DNA of 64,000 nt, taken from contig CM022670.1 of assembly GCA_012295275.1 (NCBI GenBank), positions 34,534,001 through 34,598,000 of the forward strand, given 5' to 3'. The stretch's first letter is position 1. Each line of letters begins with the position of its first letter. Under the pieces are notes generated by a model that saw nothing but the letters and a program-made list of their open reading frames with translations, was not told the origin of the DNA and did no database searches. This document shows, one piece after another, positions 1 to 14,272 of the stretch. The DNA is from Chrysomallon squamiferum (taxonomy: Eukaryota; Animalia; Mollusca). The translations under genes and the position numbers were made by a program.

Positions 1-60
1 CCAAAATTCAGTTGGTTATTTCAATACATTTTAAAATCAAAGTTTATTATATTTATTCTA

Positions 61-106
<46 letters not shown>

Positions 107-444
107 TTGTTTTGTTTTTGTTTTTGAGTATTATGAAAAGGATGCGAAACGGTTTAATATGTATGTGTATGTATGTTTGTTTTTGTGTGTGTGTATATAT
201 ATGTTTTTACTTTACTTATGTATGCATGTGAAGTTAGTACTTAAACTTTTGTTTTACTGTTTCTTTTATCTTAAACATTCATTTTATTATTATTATTAAA
301 CCGATATTATATATATATACTTGATTATTATTATTTCTAAATATATCTTATCAATAATAATAATAACAATAATAATAACAATAATAATCATTATTATCAA
401 CATCATCGTCGTCATTCATCCATTCTATCCGTTTCTTTTATCAG

Positions 445-2089
445 AAATTTTAATGTTAGACGCTTCTGGATAAGCCTCACTTTCAACTCTTCATCGGGCA
501 AGTATCAGTGGGCAGACGGAGCTCCGTTAGACTATTCCGATTGGCAACCACAAGGTCCGTTACAGCCGCTGGACAATTTTCCTTGCGTTTACATGAACGT
601 AACTTCAGGATACTGGACAAACGGACCTTGCACAAAGTCTAAGAAAGTTCGTGTGGTCTGTGAAGAGAAAGGTAATATCGTTTGACTGCTTGTTTGTTTG
701 TTTGTTTGTTTGTTTATTGTTTACTATTTATTTATTTGGTTGTTTGTTTGTTTATTGTTTTGTTTGTATATTTATTTGTTTGTTTACACGCCGTAATTTA
801 ATTGGCTTGATTTCGAGTGGGGCCGTCCTATCATAGAATATTACGTAACAGTTTTATGAGACCCTAAATTTTCTATCAGATTTCAACATCCGCATACTTT
901 TAACTTATCACTTGTATCTTGTAAAATACATTTGTTGTTTTCTGTTTTAGTTTTTAAATATTTACAATTAAATTAATTTAATAGTTTTAGATCTAAAGAT
1001 GTATATGTTTATTTTTAATTTATATGTTACAACTGTCAGTTACATAGGAATGTAGATAGACAGACTGATCATTACTTGTCTCGACTGATACTATACAGTA
1101 TTAAAACAATATTAATAACAAATAAAAAATACCAGTTTATTTCTCTGGTTAATAATCCAGCAGCCAAGTCTGGTTTTTTTTATTTATTTATTTATTTATT
1201 TTACTTCTATCATTATTATTATTTTTTTATTTTTTTTTTTGTGCGAATTAGCAATATAGGTTGACACCACAGTCACTAATCAGAACGTATTAATATATTA
1301 TTTCAGAAATACCTGATCGACCAGTGTCAACTAAAAAGAAAGTCTTTCCGAATTATAAATATTTTACAAAAATGAATTCCACAATTAGCAGCGCAAATGG
1401 ACGTAAGTACTTTTTATTTATTTATTTATTTATTTTGTCAGTGAATTAAATGTAGGACACAAAATGTTATGGTTCCAAAAAGCTCACGTTCATGAAAAAA
1501 AACTCAGTTTTATTTTAAAAATTTTGCAGCTGCAAAATATGGGATACTATAGTAAGTTGTTTGGATTACTGGTTTCAGAATTGCTTACCAAGACTAAAGT
1601 CTTCCATATGTTTCAAACTGTATAAAAATCATCAATAACTGGTTAGTAGCGCTTGAATATTACATTGCTTTAAACAAACAAACAAACAAACAAATAAAAA
1701 TAATTTTTGAACAATCATTGTAAGTTATATTTCATTAAGAATGAAATTTCGATGTAACGTTTTGCCTCTGTTTGTGTGCGAAAAAAAAAAACAAACAAAA
1801 AAAACGTAATTTATATGAATATTTATAATGCCATATTCACCTCAATGTCTTAAAGCTTTGTTTTTAATTATTTAAAATGGGAGAAATACATGTGATATAT
1901 GTTTATTTCTTCCACCATGTTATTACACCGCAAATCATGTGATCTAAAAACTGCTTTCTGATTGGTCATAATAATACTAATATGAGAAAAACTAATTATT
2001 ACCAAAACATTATTCTCCAATGACCAAACATTCTGAAATAACATATGCTCTTTGTTCAAAAAAAGAAGAAGAAGAAAACATTTGTTTAA

Positions 2090-2120
<31 letters not shown>

Positions 2121-2462
2121 TAAAATAACAAAATACATCAACAAATATGATTTTTAATAAAATTTAATTTTGCTGAGGAAGGAAGGAATAAAGATACAAT
2201 AAAAAGAATAAAGCTATATGCTTAATCATTTGTATAAGCATTTATTTTAAGTATTTTTCAAATTATTTTCTCTGCAAGCATTATCAGTCATTAAAAAAAA
2301 TTTTTTTTTAAATACACACACACATTTATTTATAAATGTATATTATTTATTTATTTATTATTGTTATTATATATTATTATTTATTTATTTATTATTTTTA
2401 TTATTTATTATTTATTTATAATTTATTTATTTTTTTTATTTACTATTTATTATTATTATTAT

Positions 2463-2518
<56 letters not shown>

Positions 2519-2722
2519 TTTTGTTCTGTTTCTTCTACAGAATTGATTAGACATTACGAGAGAGGTTGGAAGGGGAAGGTAATCTATTTTGGCATTAAAG
2601 AATCTGTTTTGGAGTACTGCTTACTGAGGTGCAGTGATGAAGACACCTGTGCCACTGTCCTGTACACTGAAAATGGAGAAGAAGTTAAAAAGCTATCTTA
2701 CTGTCTGCTGTTAACAATTTAA
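445..2722 (+). CDS. 3' part of a C-type lectin domain protein with C-terminal PAN/apple-like Cys motif; exons 445-671, 1307-1402, 2541-2722; 5' exons lie before the window
   Basis: Exon 445-671 (tatcag|...AAAG|gtaat) translates to NFNVRRFWISLTFNSSSGKYQWADGAPLDYSDWQPQGPLQPLDNFPCVYMNVTSGYWTNGPCTKSKKVRVVCEEK, the FWIxL..W.DG..Y..W..C..W...C..CE pattern of a CTLD. Phases match through 1307-1402 (EIPDRPVSTKKKVFPNYKYFTKMNSTISSANG) and 2541-2722 (...YCLLRCSDEDTCATVLY...YCLLLTI*). Confidence 0.85.
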
Positions 2723-4196
2723 ACAACTGAACCCGATCCATGGGTGATAGAGCAAACTAAAAACACAAGTACATGTGTGTATATGTGTATGTGTATGTGC
2801 ATACGTATATGTATGTATATGCACACACACACACAAACATATTACACCATGAATGCTTCAAAAGAGTAAGTAGTAGTAATTAAAACAGGAAAGAAATGTT
2901 TAAAAAGTATCTCCAAATTAAACCCGTCTCACTTAAATAAAACACCAGTTAACCGACAGACAATTTGAACTAATAAATAACACAAACACAGCATACAAGT
3001 TTGAATGAGTTTTAATCAACAGAATGTAGTAAAAAAAAACAAGAACGATAAGTAACAATAACAACATTTTGATTCAGGGTTCTACAGTATTGCACTTCAT
3101 CGTTATAAAATGACAGTATCAGAAAGTAAGTGTATATTTTTTAAACAGTATGTGCAGGTTCTGTGAACACATGTATACATAAAATAATAATAAAATTCTG
3201 AAGGAAAATCCATAAGAAATATTAACCCAATAAAGAAAATGTCTAAGCCTTGTTAATTTAATATTAAAGTCAGTTGTTAGCTTATGCTTCTATAAATTTT
3301 CAAAAATAACCTATTTAGATCGATTCTAAACAAATATACTCCTGGACATACAAAGATTCATACCTACTAAGTAATTCCCTGGCTTATTAATTTTAAATTA
3401 AACAATTAATACTTTTGTGATTTATGACACATTATTGCATAGGGCTTTCTCCAACATGTTCAAGTTTTGTCAGAATGACTCTTCGGTGCAAGTCTGGGAA
3501 TATCTGTAATTCAATCATTAATGGTAACCTGTTTTATTAACTTTGCGACCAAAAAACCCCATATTAATGATTTCATTGAAAATACAGCTATGTAGCTAAA
3601 ATGTCAGACAATTTGTAATGCTGTGAAAAACCCTCAAACAAAGACATAATTAGTGAATAAACATGAGTTGTTGAATTATTTTTATGCGACAAGAATTGGT
3701 CTGATAAAACTGAAAAGGCTTCTGAATCAAGGCAAACCAGAAAATTAATGGCATATTGATGTTATGATGTTTAAGTAGAAGGTCCATTGCATTTATTATT
3801 TTAAATTCTTTCATTAATGCGATTTCACTGCACTGTCCCATGCAGACAGAATTAAGATTCAGAAATCAAACAGTACTGATTCATTTTCATTCAGTGTTCC
3901 TCCATTACCAAAGACAATGGGTATATTATTTTTTTGTTCCTGTTTATTGTCACAGAGATTACAAAACCCATGGAGTGAAGCCTATGAATTTAATGAAATG
4001 AGAATTACTTGACATATAATAATACTGACAGTGCAGTGTGCAAAGAGATGACATTTAATAGATATTTGTTAATTTATATCATTTAATCATCCCCATTTTA
4101 GAGCAGAACTAAATAATAAAATAATAATAAATAATAATAATAATAATAAAATAATGATAATTAAATAATAATAATAATAATAATAATAAAATAATA

Positions 4197-4227
<31 letters not shown>

Positions 4228-7200
4228 GTAATAATAATGAAAATAGTGATAATAACAATAACAATAATAATGATGATAAAGTTACTATTTGTTCATTCCT
4301 ATTTTCCTATGGTTTTTACAATTAACTATAAAAATTTCTATTTCTTTTTCCTTTTTTTTTTTAATGTAGTTTATTGTTCAGGATGGTATCAGAAGCCATT
4401 ATTAACATAACAATAATCCAAACAACCCAGATTGTGTTACATTTTCTCTAGGGAATATCCTACTAACCTTTAATCTGAATTAACAACGTGAGAATAATGT
4501 TAATCTATTTGTCATTACCCTATTTTGATCTAAAACACTGGTAGATTATTTCAGTAAATAATTAATAACCTTAACACAAATATAAAGCAAACGTTTATGG
4601 GGATAATAAAATTGTCTGTTAATGAACAATGAAATAACCAAGCATTCAGCTCGGAAATGGCCATACCTTAAAATAAAATTATTTAAAAGAATATCTGGGT
4701 CAGAACAGTTAATGAATTTATATTTAGTTTCCATGGTTTCTGTTTGGATCATCTGAACAATAAGCAATTTAAAATGAAGGTAGAATAATCAATGGTCTAT
4801 TATATAGATAGTAAGTTTGTTTTCCATACTAGCTGAACAAGGAACAATTTAAAACGTAGAAAAAACAATTAATAATCAAAATGAATAGTCAGTGAGTTTT
4901 TTCAATGGTCAAATCATCAGGTACCAGGTTTATTTTCTGTACTGACTTAATAAAGAACAATTTAGAATGCAGACAAAAATCAACGGCTATTTCTGTATAT
5001 AGATACAGAATTTTCAAATGGATAAATAGGTAGAGCTTGTTTTCTGGACCATTTTAACAAAGACCAATTCAAATAGTTATCAAAAGTTAAATAAGAAATG
5101 GGTACAGTACAGTAATTAAGCTAAATTAAAATATGACCAACTGAAATTTTGTTGATGAATATTGAAATCTGTAGTAAATTATTCAGTGATCAGACCATTA
5201 ACAATCAGTCATAAATCAATCTTAAAATCTTGCATCAGGATAATTTAGATGGACCCTAGAATGGTGAGATTATTTTCTGAACTGGTTTATAAGCAATTTA
5301 ACATACAGATATATTTTTCCTATTGGTTGTTCACTGATAATTCATTAAAGAAATATGAAAATGCACCAGTGTAAAATAATTTTAAGTTTTGTAAGCTAAA
5401 AAAACAAACAAATTCCAGTTATTTTGATAATGACTTAAAAAGGCTTAAAAGGATTCCTGAGAAAAACATTATAGTCTTTATTTCTATTTTCTATTTAACA
5501 AATTTCTTTTCTGCATTCATCTACTTCATTGCACATAAAATATTAAAATGACTTGGAAGTGTAATATGTTTGTAACATCTTAGAATCTGAATTAGGCACA
5601 GAGATCATAATAATAATAATAATAATAATAAAAAATATTAATTGTAATAACAAATAATAAAATAATAATGATGACAATAACAGTAATAATAATAAAAAAT
5701 TTGAAATTTGTTATTTATTTGTAATTTGTCATGTCACAAAATTAATAAAAAATGGATTCATTTTCATTTTCTTTAGCTTATGTTTTATCTCAATAAATAA
5801 TCAATTGTTAGGAGTGTACACATCAAAGTTGCATTCCTTGAAACATCTGAATAATTTGGAATTCTACAACTGTATGAAGATAACATACCTTAAGTAAATC
5901 ACCTACTTGTACTAGTATTCTGTAAATAACCACAACTTAAGAAGTTACTAGTTGCCTTAGTTAAGTAATCCTATTACTTAGTTGTTCCATCTTAATCTTT
6001 TAGTACCTAGCTGGATTAGCAAGCAGTACCAGCACACACTTATATCAATAATTGATCTAGATCTGTTTGGTTTTAATGTGTTTAGACATTATGTTATGGC
6101 AAAATAAACACAAGGTGGTAGAGTTTACTAAAATGGATGGATTATTTGACAAGTTGAGGTAGATTTAAAAAAAGATGCAAACAGATTAAAATATCTGTCC
6201 TTGTTATCTTTTTTGTATATATAAAAGAAAACCATTATTGCTCTGGTATTACACGTTACTGGTATAATCTTACTCCTGTTTGTAATTTATACAGGCCATG
6301 TTGTTTCGTGTGTGTGTGTGTGTGTTATATGATCATTTTTTTTTTTTTTTAACAATATGAATTTAAAACCGTTTCAATTAGTAAAATGATATTTCTGGAA
6401 TTTTTTAAATCTCATTTCTGAATAATAATAATATAAGCCAAGTGGATACATACATAAAATTCTGAACACATTTTAGTTTGACCTGTATTTCAACACTTTA
6501 CCTCTTTATTTTGTACTGAATCTATAAAAGTTTAAATTACTCTATGTCTTGCCCTGAAAAAAAAAAAAAAAGGTACTGGAAATCAACATCACTTGAGCAA
6601 ATAAAGCAACAATTTTCTTCACATTTCTCACATATAAACATTATTATTCCTTCCACATAACCTGAGCATATACTTTTGATTGCTGTTTATAAATATCAAA
6701 ATCAACTTTCCAGACAAATTCATTGATTAATATTGCTTTTATATAATTGCAAATACAGAAAGAAAATAACATTTCTGGAAGTGAAAAATATTTGTCAAGT
6801 CGTCAGCTAGATAAAAGATTGGACAGCACAGAAATTGTATTTAAAAGAAATATTTTAGTTTCCCTGCTTCCTGAAAGATGTTATATTGTAATGAAAAAAA
6901 TTGTTCTCTCAAAATTCTCTTAAATGGATGGCACAGACATTACATCCCATCAATTTCATATCAGAAATAATTCTTAAACGTTCCAGAACAAATAGACTGA
7001 ACATACCCCAACACTTAGAGAGTGCATGAAGTAAATAACAAGTGCAGATAAAAAAAACTACTGAACAAAGATGGCAATCCCATGCTCTATTGAAAGAAAC
7101 AAAGGTATCCAGTAATTATCTGTAGAAAATACATTTCTGGTGGTAAATCCTAGTAACAGATAATGACACTGAACAAATATAATGTTACAGTAGTTGAAAA

Positions 7201-7386
7201 TCCGCTCAGCTTGTGGAGAATATTTGTTCTTTCATCCGGATATGGTGATCAGATTTGGAAGAAATAATCCAGGGGACGTTACTCTTGTTGGTAAGGCTGT
7301 ACGAAGGAACAATCCAAGGGACGTTACTCCTGCTGATTAAGGCAGTTGTTGGAAACTGCTGTAATATTAAAGATTTATGGTGGTTT

Positions 7387-9267
7387 TCAACCAGGATTAA
7401 GCAAACTGAAACCAAGATGAAAAGCCATCTCAACCAGATTTTGTGGTGTGGATTCATGGAAGCACACATATAACTCTCTCTTTACTGGACGGGAAAATTT
7501 CCTTCTGTAAAGGTAAAAAAAAAAAAAAAATTAAATTAAATAAATAAATAGTAATAAAAATATAACAACATACTTTCAGAATATAATCAGTTAAATAACA
7601 GCTCTTGCAGTTTATAATAATAGTTCATAATTTATAAAATAACTCTAAAAATGTTTACATCTATGTGATTCTGAATCTTACCTAAAACAGCCTTGAAAAA
7701 AAAAAAATAAAACAAAGACATGCTTCAGAACAGCTTGATTGCTCTGATTAACACATTAATTTTTTTTTTCACTCACTCACTCACTCAATTAAAAAATAAT
7801 AAAAAATATACTAATAAATAATAATAATACCGGTAAAAATTGTAAATGATTAGTATTGTGATTATATTGTTTATAACTGATACCAACCCTACAACCCAGT
7901 AGCTGAGTGAAGTTTTAGATTTTTTTCCATCTGTCGACTCTGCCTGAAACAAGACACCATGTTCCCGAACTCTCCTCATTGTGTTGTCTGTGTCAAACAT
8001 TGGCTCTTCATCATTATACTGATCCTGTGTGAAAAATATATAAATAAATAAGTAAATAAGTAAGTAAATAAATAAATAAATAAGTAAGTAAGAAAGTAAA
8101 TAAATAAATAAAATAAAATATAAAATAAATAAAAAAAATTAACTAAATTGAATTAAATTAAATTAATAAATAAATAAATACAGTAACAACAAAAATAATA
8201 ATTAAAAAATCATTTTCTAATGGCAGATTTTTTAATACAAGTATTTTTTTTTTGGTACAATTTCTCGATTATAGATTACATTAGGTTTAAAGGTTACATT
8301 ACAAATTTAAAGAAGATTTAAATCCAGTTTTATTTCTCTCTTTCTCAGAAAAGTGTTTTTCCTTTGATTGCTTTAAAACAAAAACAGTTTAATATACTTT
8401 TTTTTCTGTGTCATTTAATAAATAACACATTGTAATATTTCAAAATAACAAATATTGTAATGTACTAATATTTTATTTTAAAAAGTGTAACAGTTTCAAT
8501 TTTGAAAAAAATACAATAAATAAATAAATGAACAATAACAATTATAATAAATACAAACATACATAAATAAATACATAGTAATAACAATAACAAAACAAAT
8601 AGGTAAAAGATACTAACCTTATGCTGAGATGAAAGTGTAAAGATGTGTTTGATTTGAGCAGAACACTTGTAAAAGTTGTGCAGCAGTTTGTTGTGAGGAA
8701 GACTTTGTTTCACAGTGGAAGGTGGACAAATACAAACTCCACTCACAGAGTCGCTGTGTATGTAGTGAAACAAACAACTAGTTTTCCCTGAGGCAATTCT
8801 GAAAACAAATAGATAAATTTAGAACATTAAATTTTAAATGTGTGTTTGTGTGTGTATGTATATATATATATATATATATATATAACATGAAAATATGATA
8901 CTTGTAAAATATTATCTATTCACAAAATTAAGATTTAATAATCTGTATCATATTTATGACAACTGATCAAATTTTATCAGATTACCAATCTCATTACAGT
9001 TTAAGGTTTTAAGGAGTATAAGCATTTAACATCTCCATATATATATATATATACCGGTAAAAATTGTAAATGATTAGTATTGTTTATAACTGATACTAAC
9101 CCTACAACCCAGTAGCTGAGTGAAGTATTATATATATGTAAAATACATTTTAAAATAAACAATAACAACTTACTTTAAAGAACATTCATTTAAGTGGGTA
9201 AAGGTAAATCTGACAGTGATGTGACTGGTTCACTAGCAGTAGGAAACAAACGCGTCTTCCTGTTACT
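7387..9267 (-). CDS. INTU: INTU terminal exons 9267-9174, 8798-8618, 8024-7888, 7504-7387 (longin 3)
   Basis: SNRKTRLFP... (apparent 1-nt deletion near 9196-9198) / IASGKTSCLFHYIHSD...HNFYKCSAQIK / VREHGVLF...SYWVVG / RKFSRPVKRELYVCFHESTPQNLVEMAFHLGFSLLNPG* with TGA at 7389-7387. Confidence 0.9.
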
Positions 9268-10904
9268 CTGTAAAATAATATTTTATATGTATGGATTTAT
9301 GAATGGCTGTGTCTGTTTATCTATGAGTGTGTCTGTGCATGTGCAATCTGACCAACCATTAAAACTTCACAGTTATTCTGTTTTAAAGTATTAGAGTTGA
9401 CCTAATTACTGAGTAGAGCCAGAAATGCTATATTTCTTCCATACGATATTTAAGAGACCTTCTTCAGTGTCAACTCCTACCTTTAACATCTGATTTACTC
9501 TGAGCTAATAAATTCAGAAATAACTGGTTACGTATTTCCCATGCAATGATCTGGATTACTGCCACATGACTAAGATATCAGAAAAACAGTGTTAAAGAGA
9601 AATTATCTGTAAAATGTATTTAAAAGTAAACTGATTTACCTTAAAGATTCCATCACTGCCACCAAAACCACTAGATGCGTCTGATTCTACAGACTGCTTT
9701 CTGTGGTTGTTTAATACTGGTCTAAGAGAGACAACTCCAGCTGATGGAAAATTTAGACTGGTTTTCAAGATATCATCTGAACCTTTCCCTGAAACAAAGT
9801 ATAAGATGTCCCATAAGTTTTAAATCTGAGAAAAATAAAGAAAATAAAAAAAAAAAGAAGAGGTAATTAAAAAAAGTTTAATCCTAATTTTCACCAGGTG
9901 CATTTTTTCCCATTCCAAACAACTGGTTAACAAATTAGACTTTGATATGTGTTTTACTGTCCAATCAACAAGCTATACAAAATAAGTATAAAACAGCAGT
10001 TATAAATAAGTTTAAACAGATTAATTTATTATTAATAAGCTAAACAAAATAAGTATAAAATAGCTGTAATTAATTATTAATAAGCTGTACAAAATAAGTA
10101 TAAAACAGCTGTTATACATTAATTTATTATCAATAAGCTATATAAGATAAGTATAAAATAGCTGTTATACATTAATTTATCATCAATAAGCTATATAAGA
10201 TAAGTATAAAATAGCTGTAATTAATTATTAATAAGCTATATAAAATAAGTATAAAATAGCTGTTATACATTAATTTATCATCAATAAGCTATATAAGATA
10301 AGTATAAAATAGGTGTTATAAATCAGTTTATTATTAATAAGCTGTATAAAATAAGTCTAAAATAGCTGTTACAGCTTAATTTATTATTAATAAACTAAAC
10401 AAAATAAGTATAAAATAGGTGTTATAGATCAATTTATTATTAATAAGCTGTACAAAATAAGTATAAAGTAGGTGTTATAGTTTATTTGTAGTACAAACAA
10501 GTGTAAATACCTGGTAAACTGAGGCTGATTCTGTCTGCAGTTTTCTGAACATAATCATCAGCCACTGCCAGGACTGGAAGACCATCTCCAGCAAGTCTGC
10601 AATTACAACTCATACAGTAAACACAGTGTTAGTCTCCTGTTATTACTACTATTTCTTTTTTTATTACTACTGTTGTTGTTGTTGTTTTTGTTATATGTGT
10701 GTGTGTGTGTGTTTGTGCATGCATGTGTGTATGTGTGTGTTTGTGTGCGTGTGTGCGTGCATGTGTGTGTGTTGTAAAATAAGAGATTGAAATTAAAAAG
10801 CCAAAAATTAATTTGTTGTTTAATAATATCAAAATATCTCAACATATCAGTAATTAATAAAATGGCAGAATCTGTATTACAGAAATATTGACATTTTTAG
10901 CAAG

Positions 10905-10950
<46 letters not shown>

Positions 10951-12356
10951 ACAGGCACAGGCACACATACACTAGCATATATAATGCTATTAGAAATGCT
11001 GCAATCATTCCAAATAAAGACAAATAAATGAAATCTCAAAGATATATCAGAATGTATGACATTTATTTTTGATATGGAAATATAATTTAAGAAAAATGGA
11101 AAGACTGTTATATTTAATAACGAAACAAAACTTCACCTGAAAGATAAAAATTAACAACACACCTGATTTCACAGTGATTAGTGACATCAACGGTCAGTGC
11201 TTGCATTAACGAGGCTCTACACTGGTCAATGTAAAATGGGTCTGGTTGAGACTGACCCTCAATTCTGTTAACAAAAACAATCATTTAATTTGTAACTCAG
11301 AACAATCAAGGAGTTTAATAGTTATGAATATCTGCTGTACGTTTTTCCTGGAAGATTTTTTTTTGATTAAATATTTGTTACTGAAATATAAAACTGAATA
11401 AATGATTGATGAATAGTTTAAAAGTCTTTGAATACATTTGTAGTAATGATTATTGTCGACAGTCATACAGTTCAGATAAAATTAAAATGAGAGTATGAGT
11501 GAAAAAAAAATAGTTGTCATGGTTACCATTATTGTTTAGAAGAAATAAATCTTTAACTCAGGCAGATAAGTACTTACCCCAGACTAACAATTTACAGTAC
11601 CACTAAATCAATAAACAAACATTACTACTTACTGAGAAGCACAGCCTCCTGCTTCAAGAACTGTGGCATACAGACCATGTTTCTGTCATAAAGAAAATAT
11701 ATGTAGTATGGTATACTCCTGCCTGTGTACAGCTGACATGTATTAGTAAAATATTAGAAAATGTATATGACAAACACATGAAAAACCATTCTCAAATATT
11801 CAGTCAGACACAAACTTTCACAAATATAGATACATCAGTGCCCATTCATATATGCAGAAACACATTATTACAAACACAAACATGCAATATAATGTAAACA
11901 TATACAGTATACTTACAAACAAGAATAATAAACACACAAACACACCTACACACACATTCATTCCATCTTTACTAGCAAATAAAAAGTAATGAAACCTTAC
12001 CAGCCCCACTATTAGAAGAAACCATTTTGCATGTGGCTCTGAATACCCGAAATTACTGTTTATCTGAGACACATCATCACAGAACCTGGAAGGAAAAATC
12101 TGTCTCCAGATCACCAGCTGGCTTATTGAGTGTTTGTGTGTTAACAGCAGCAGACAGTGATATTTGAGGTAGTAGTAGACGTCACACAAATCTCCTTTTG
12201 ACAGATGATTGCACAGTAGATAGCCCTGGAACAGAACAGTAAATCATTTTTAAAATGTTAAAATAAATATACAGACAGGGTAAAGGGAAAAGATGAGAAA
12301 TAGACTGGGAGTGGGTGTTTAACTGAGTGAGTGATTAAGTGTCTGTCTGTCTGTCT

Positions 12357-12420
<64 letters not shown>

Positions 12421-14229
12421 CAGAGTCTGTGCATTAGAGAAAAAAAAGAAATGGGTGAAAAGAGACAAAAATTTTTTTATACAGAAGAAGTAAAAAAGAC
12501 TGAAAGTTGCTATTTCACACAAACAAAATGACAAACCTTATAAAATAATGCTGATCCCAGAATTGTAAATGATCTTCGACAACCATAAAATGTTTCTGAC
12601 TGAAGCAGAAAAAAACATATATTAAAAATAAATCATCAAATGTTAGTAACTTTAGTAAATTGTGTACTATTATTAAAGGTACCATTCTGAATTATATATT
12701 TTTTAGTATTATTTAATTTAAAGCTTCTGTGAAATTGAATGTTATTTTAATTTCTTTTTAAAATAAAACATTTGACATTATCATTTAATGTTTCAGCTTT
12801 TTTAAACTGATTATTTTGCATTTTTGTAATCAGAATCTACCTCAAATATGTTTTAGACACTAACAAAATTCTTACCATATCAACAAAATCAGCTGCCTCA
12901 AAATCTGATAATATGTTGCTAAGATAGAGCTGAAAATATAAATTTAAAATAGCAAATTTAATAATGGATGATTTAGAAAATTAATGAAAAACAAAATACT
13001 TATTAAAAAAATATTAATTTTGGTTCAGTTTTTGCAGAATTGTATAAATTGAAATTAAAAATAAATGTATTATTTAATATTAATATTGCCTTCAACATAA
13101 TACATTAATGTTTCTAAGTGTAGCAAAAAGGAAGATAATTATGTAGACAATTTTACTACAGAATACTTCATTTAATGATTTGGAAATCATTTTAATAACT
13201 GACCAAAAAACTGTTATATAGAAAATTGCATTTTGTTGCTTGTTTTTATTTGTTTTACCTGTTATTTCAATTCATTTCTTATCTGGTTTTGATTTATTTT
13301 ATTGCATTTTGTTTTTATCCAACATTAAAGCTAACAGTTTGATTTCTTACCAAAACATCATCACAGAGAGGTAAATATTGCACTTCACTTGAATGACACA
13401 GTGTCCTGACTAATGGGGATGGACCACAGATCTGGTCTCCAGGTGATGCTGAGAAATGACATTTGACAACCAATGAAAAGAGCTCATTGAGAAGTGGGTG
13501 GTGCTTGGACTGTTTGAAGGCGGAGTCGACTGATCCCAGAAGCACTCTGATTAGCCGCACAATTTCAGCTGTAAACTGGCTGAGCAGTGAGGCAGATAAC
13601 CTGGAAATTAATTTTTATAATTTTTATTAAAATATTTCATAATTTAAATGTACAGAAGAAGTAATTAAAAAAAAAAAAAAAAAAATTGTATAGTAAAGCA
13701 TAATTATAACTGTACAAACCTATGAGAACAATAAAGTGTACAAACCTACAAGAACATTAAAGTGTACAAACCTATGAAAACAGAAAAAGGTGTACAAACC
13801 TATGAGAACAGTAAAGTGTACAAAACCTATGAGGACAGTAAAGTGTACAAACCTATGAGAATAGTAAAGTGTACAAACCTACAAGAACAGTAAAGTGTAC
13901 AAACCTACAAGGACAGTAAAGTTGTACAAACCTATGTGCAGGAACTGTTACCAGTAACAGACAGGATTCTTCTTGTACAAATACAAGAACACTAAAGTTG
14001 TACAAACTCTATAGAAAACAGCACCAAAGATCAAAAAATACCAGGAACTGTTACAAGTAACTGATTGACATCCCATTTCAGAGGAAATTCCATACAATAC
14101 AAGCTCATAATTTAACTTAATGGTTTTGAATTTGCTTTGAAATAATAATAATAATAATACATAATATTTAAGAATGAAAATAAAAACAATCAACAATAAT
14201 TTAATGAAATGGTTTTGATGATGATAATG

Positions 14230-14272
<43 letters not shown>

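Noticed and set aside
7206-7473. ORFs overlapping the INTU stop on both strands
   Set aside because: Off-frame or antisense to the true last exon, extended by a short ~39-bp duplication in the 3' UTR.
12165-12176. TGAGGTAGTAG, matching the let-7 5' end
   Set aside because: Match stops after ~11 nt, lies antisense within an INTU coding exon, and no hairpin is evident.
13948-14196. ORF KFKTIKLNYELVLYGISSEMGC... as the missing INTU exon
   Set aside because: Weak AAG acceptor and poorer match to the Inturned LLLIGLP motif than exon 13991-13932; not fully excluded without RNA data.
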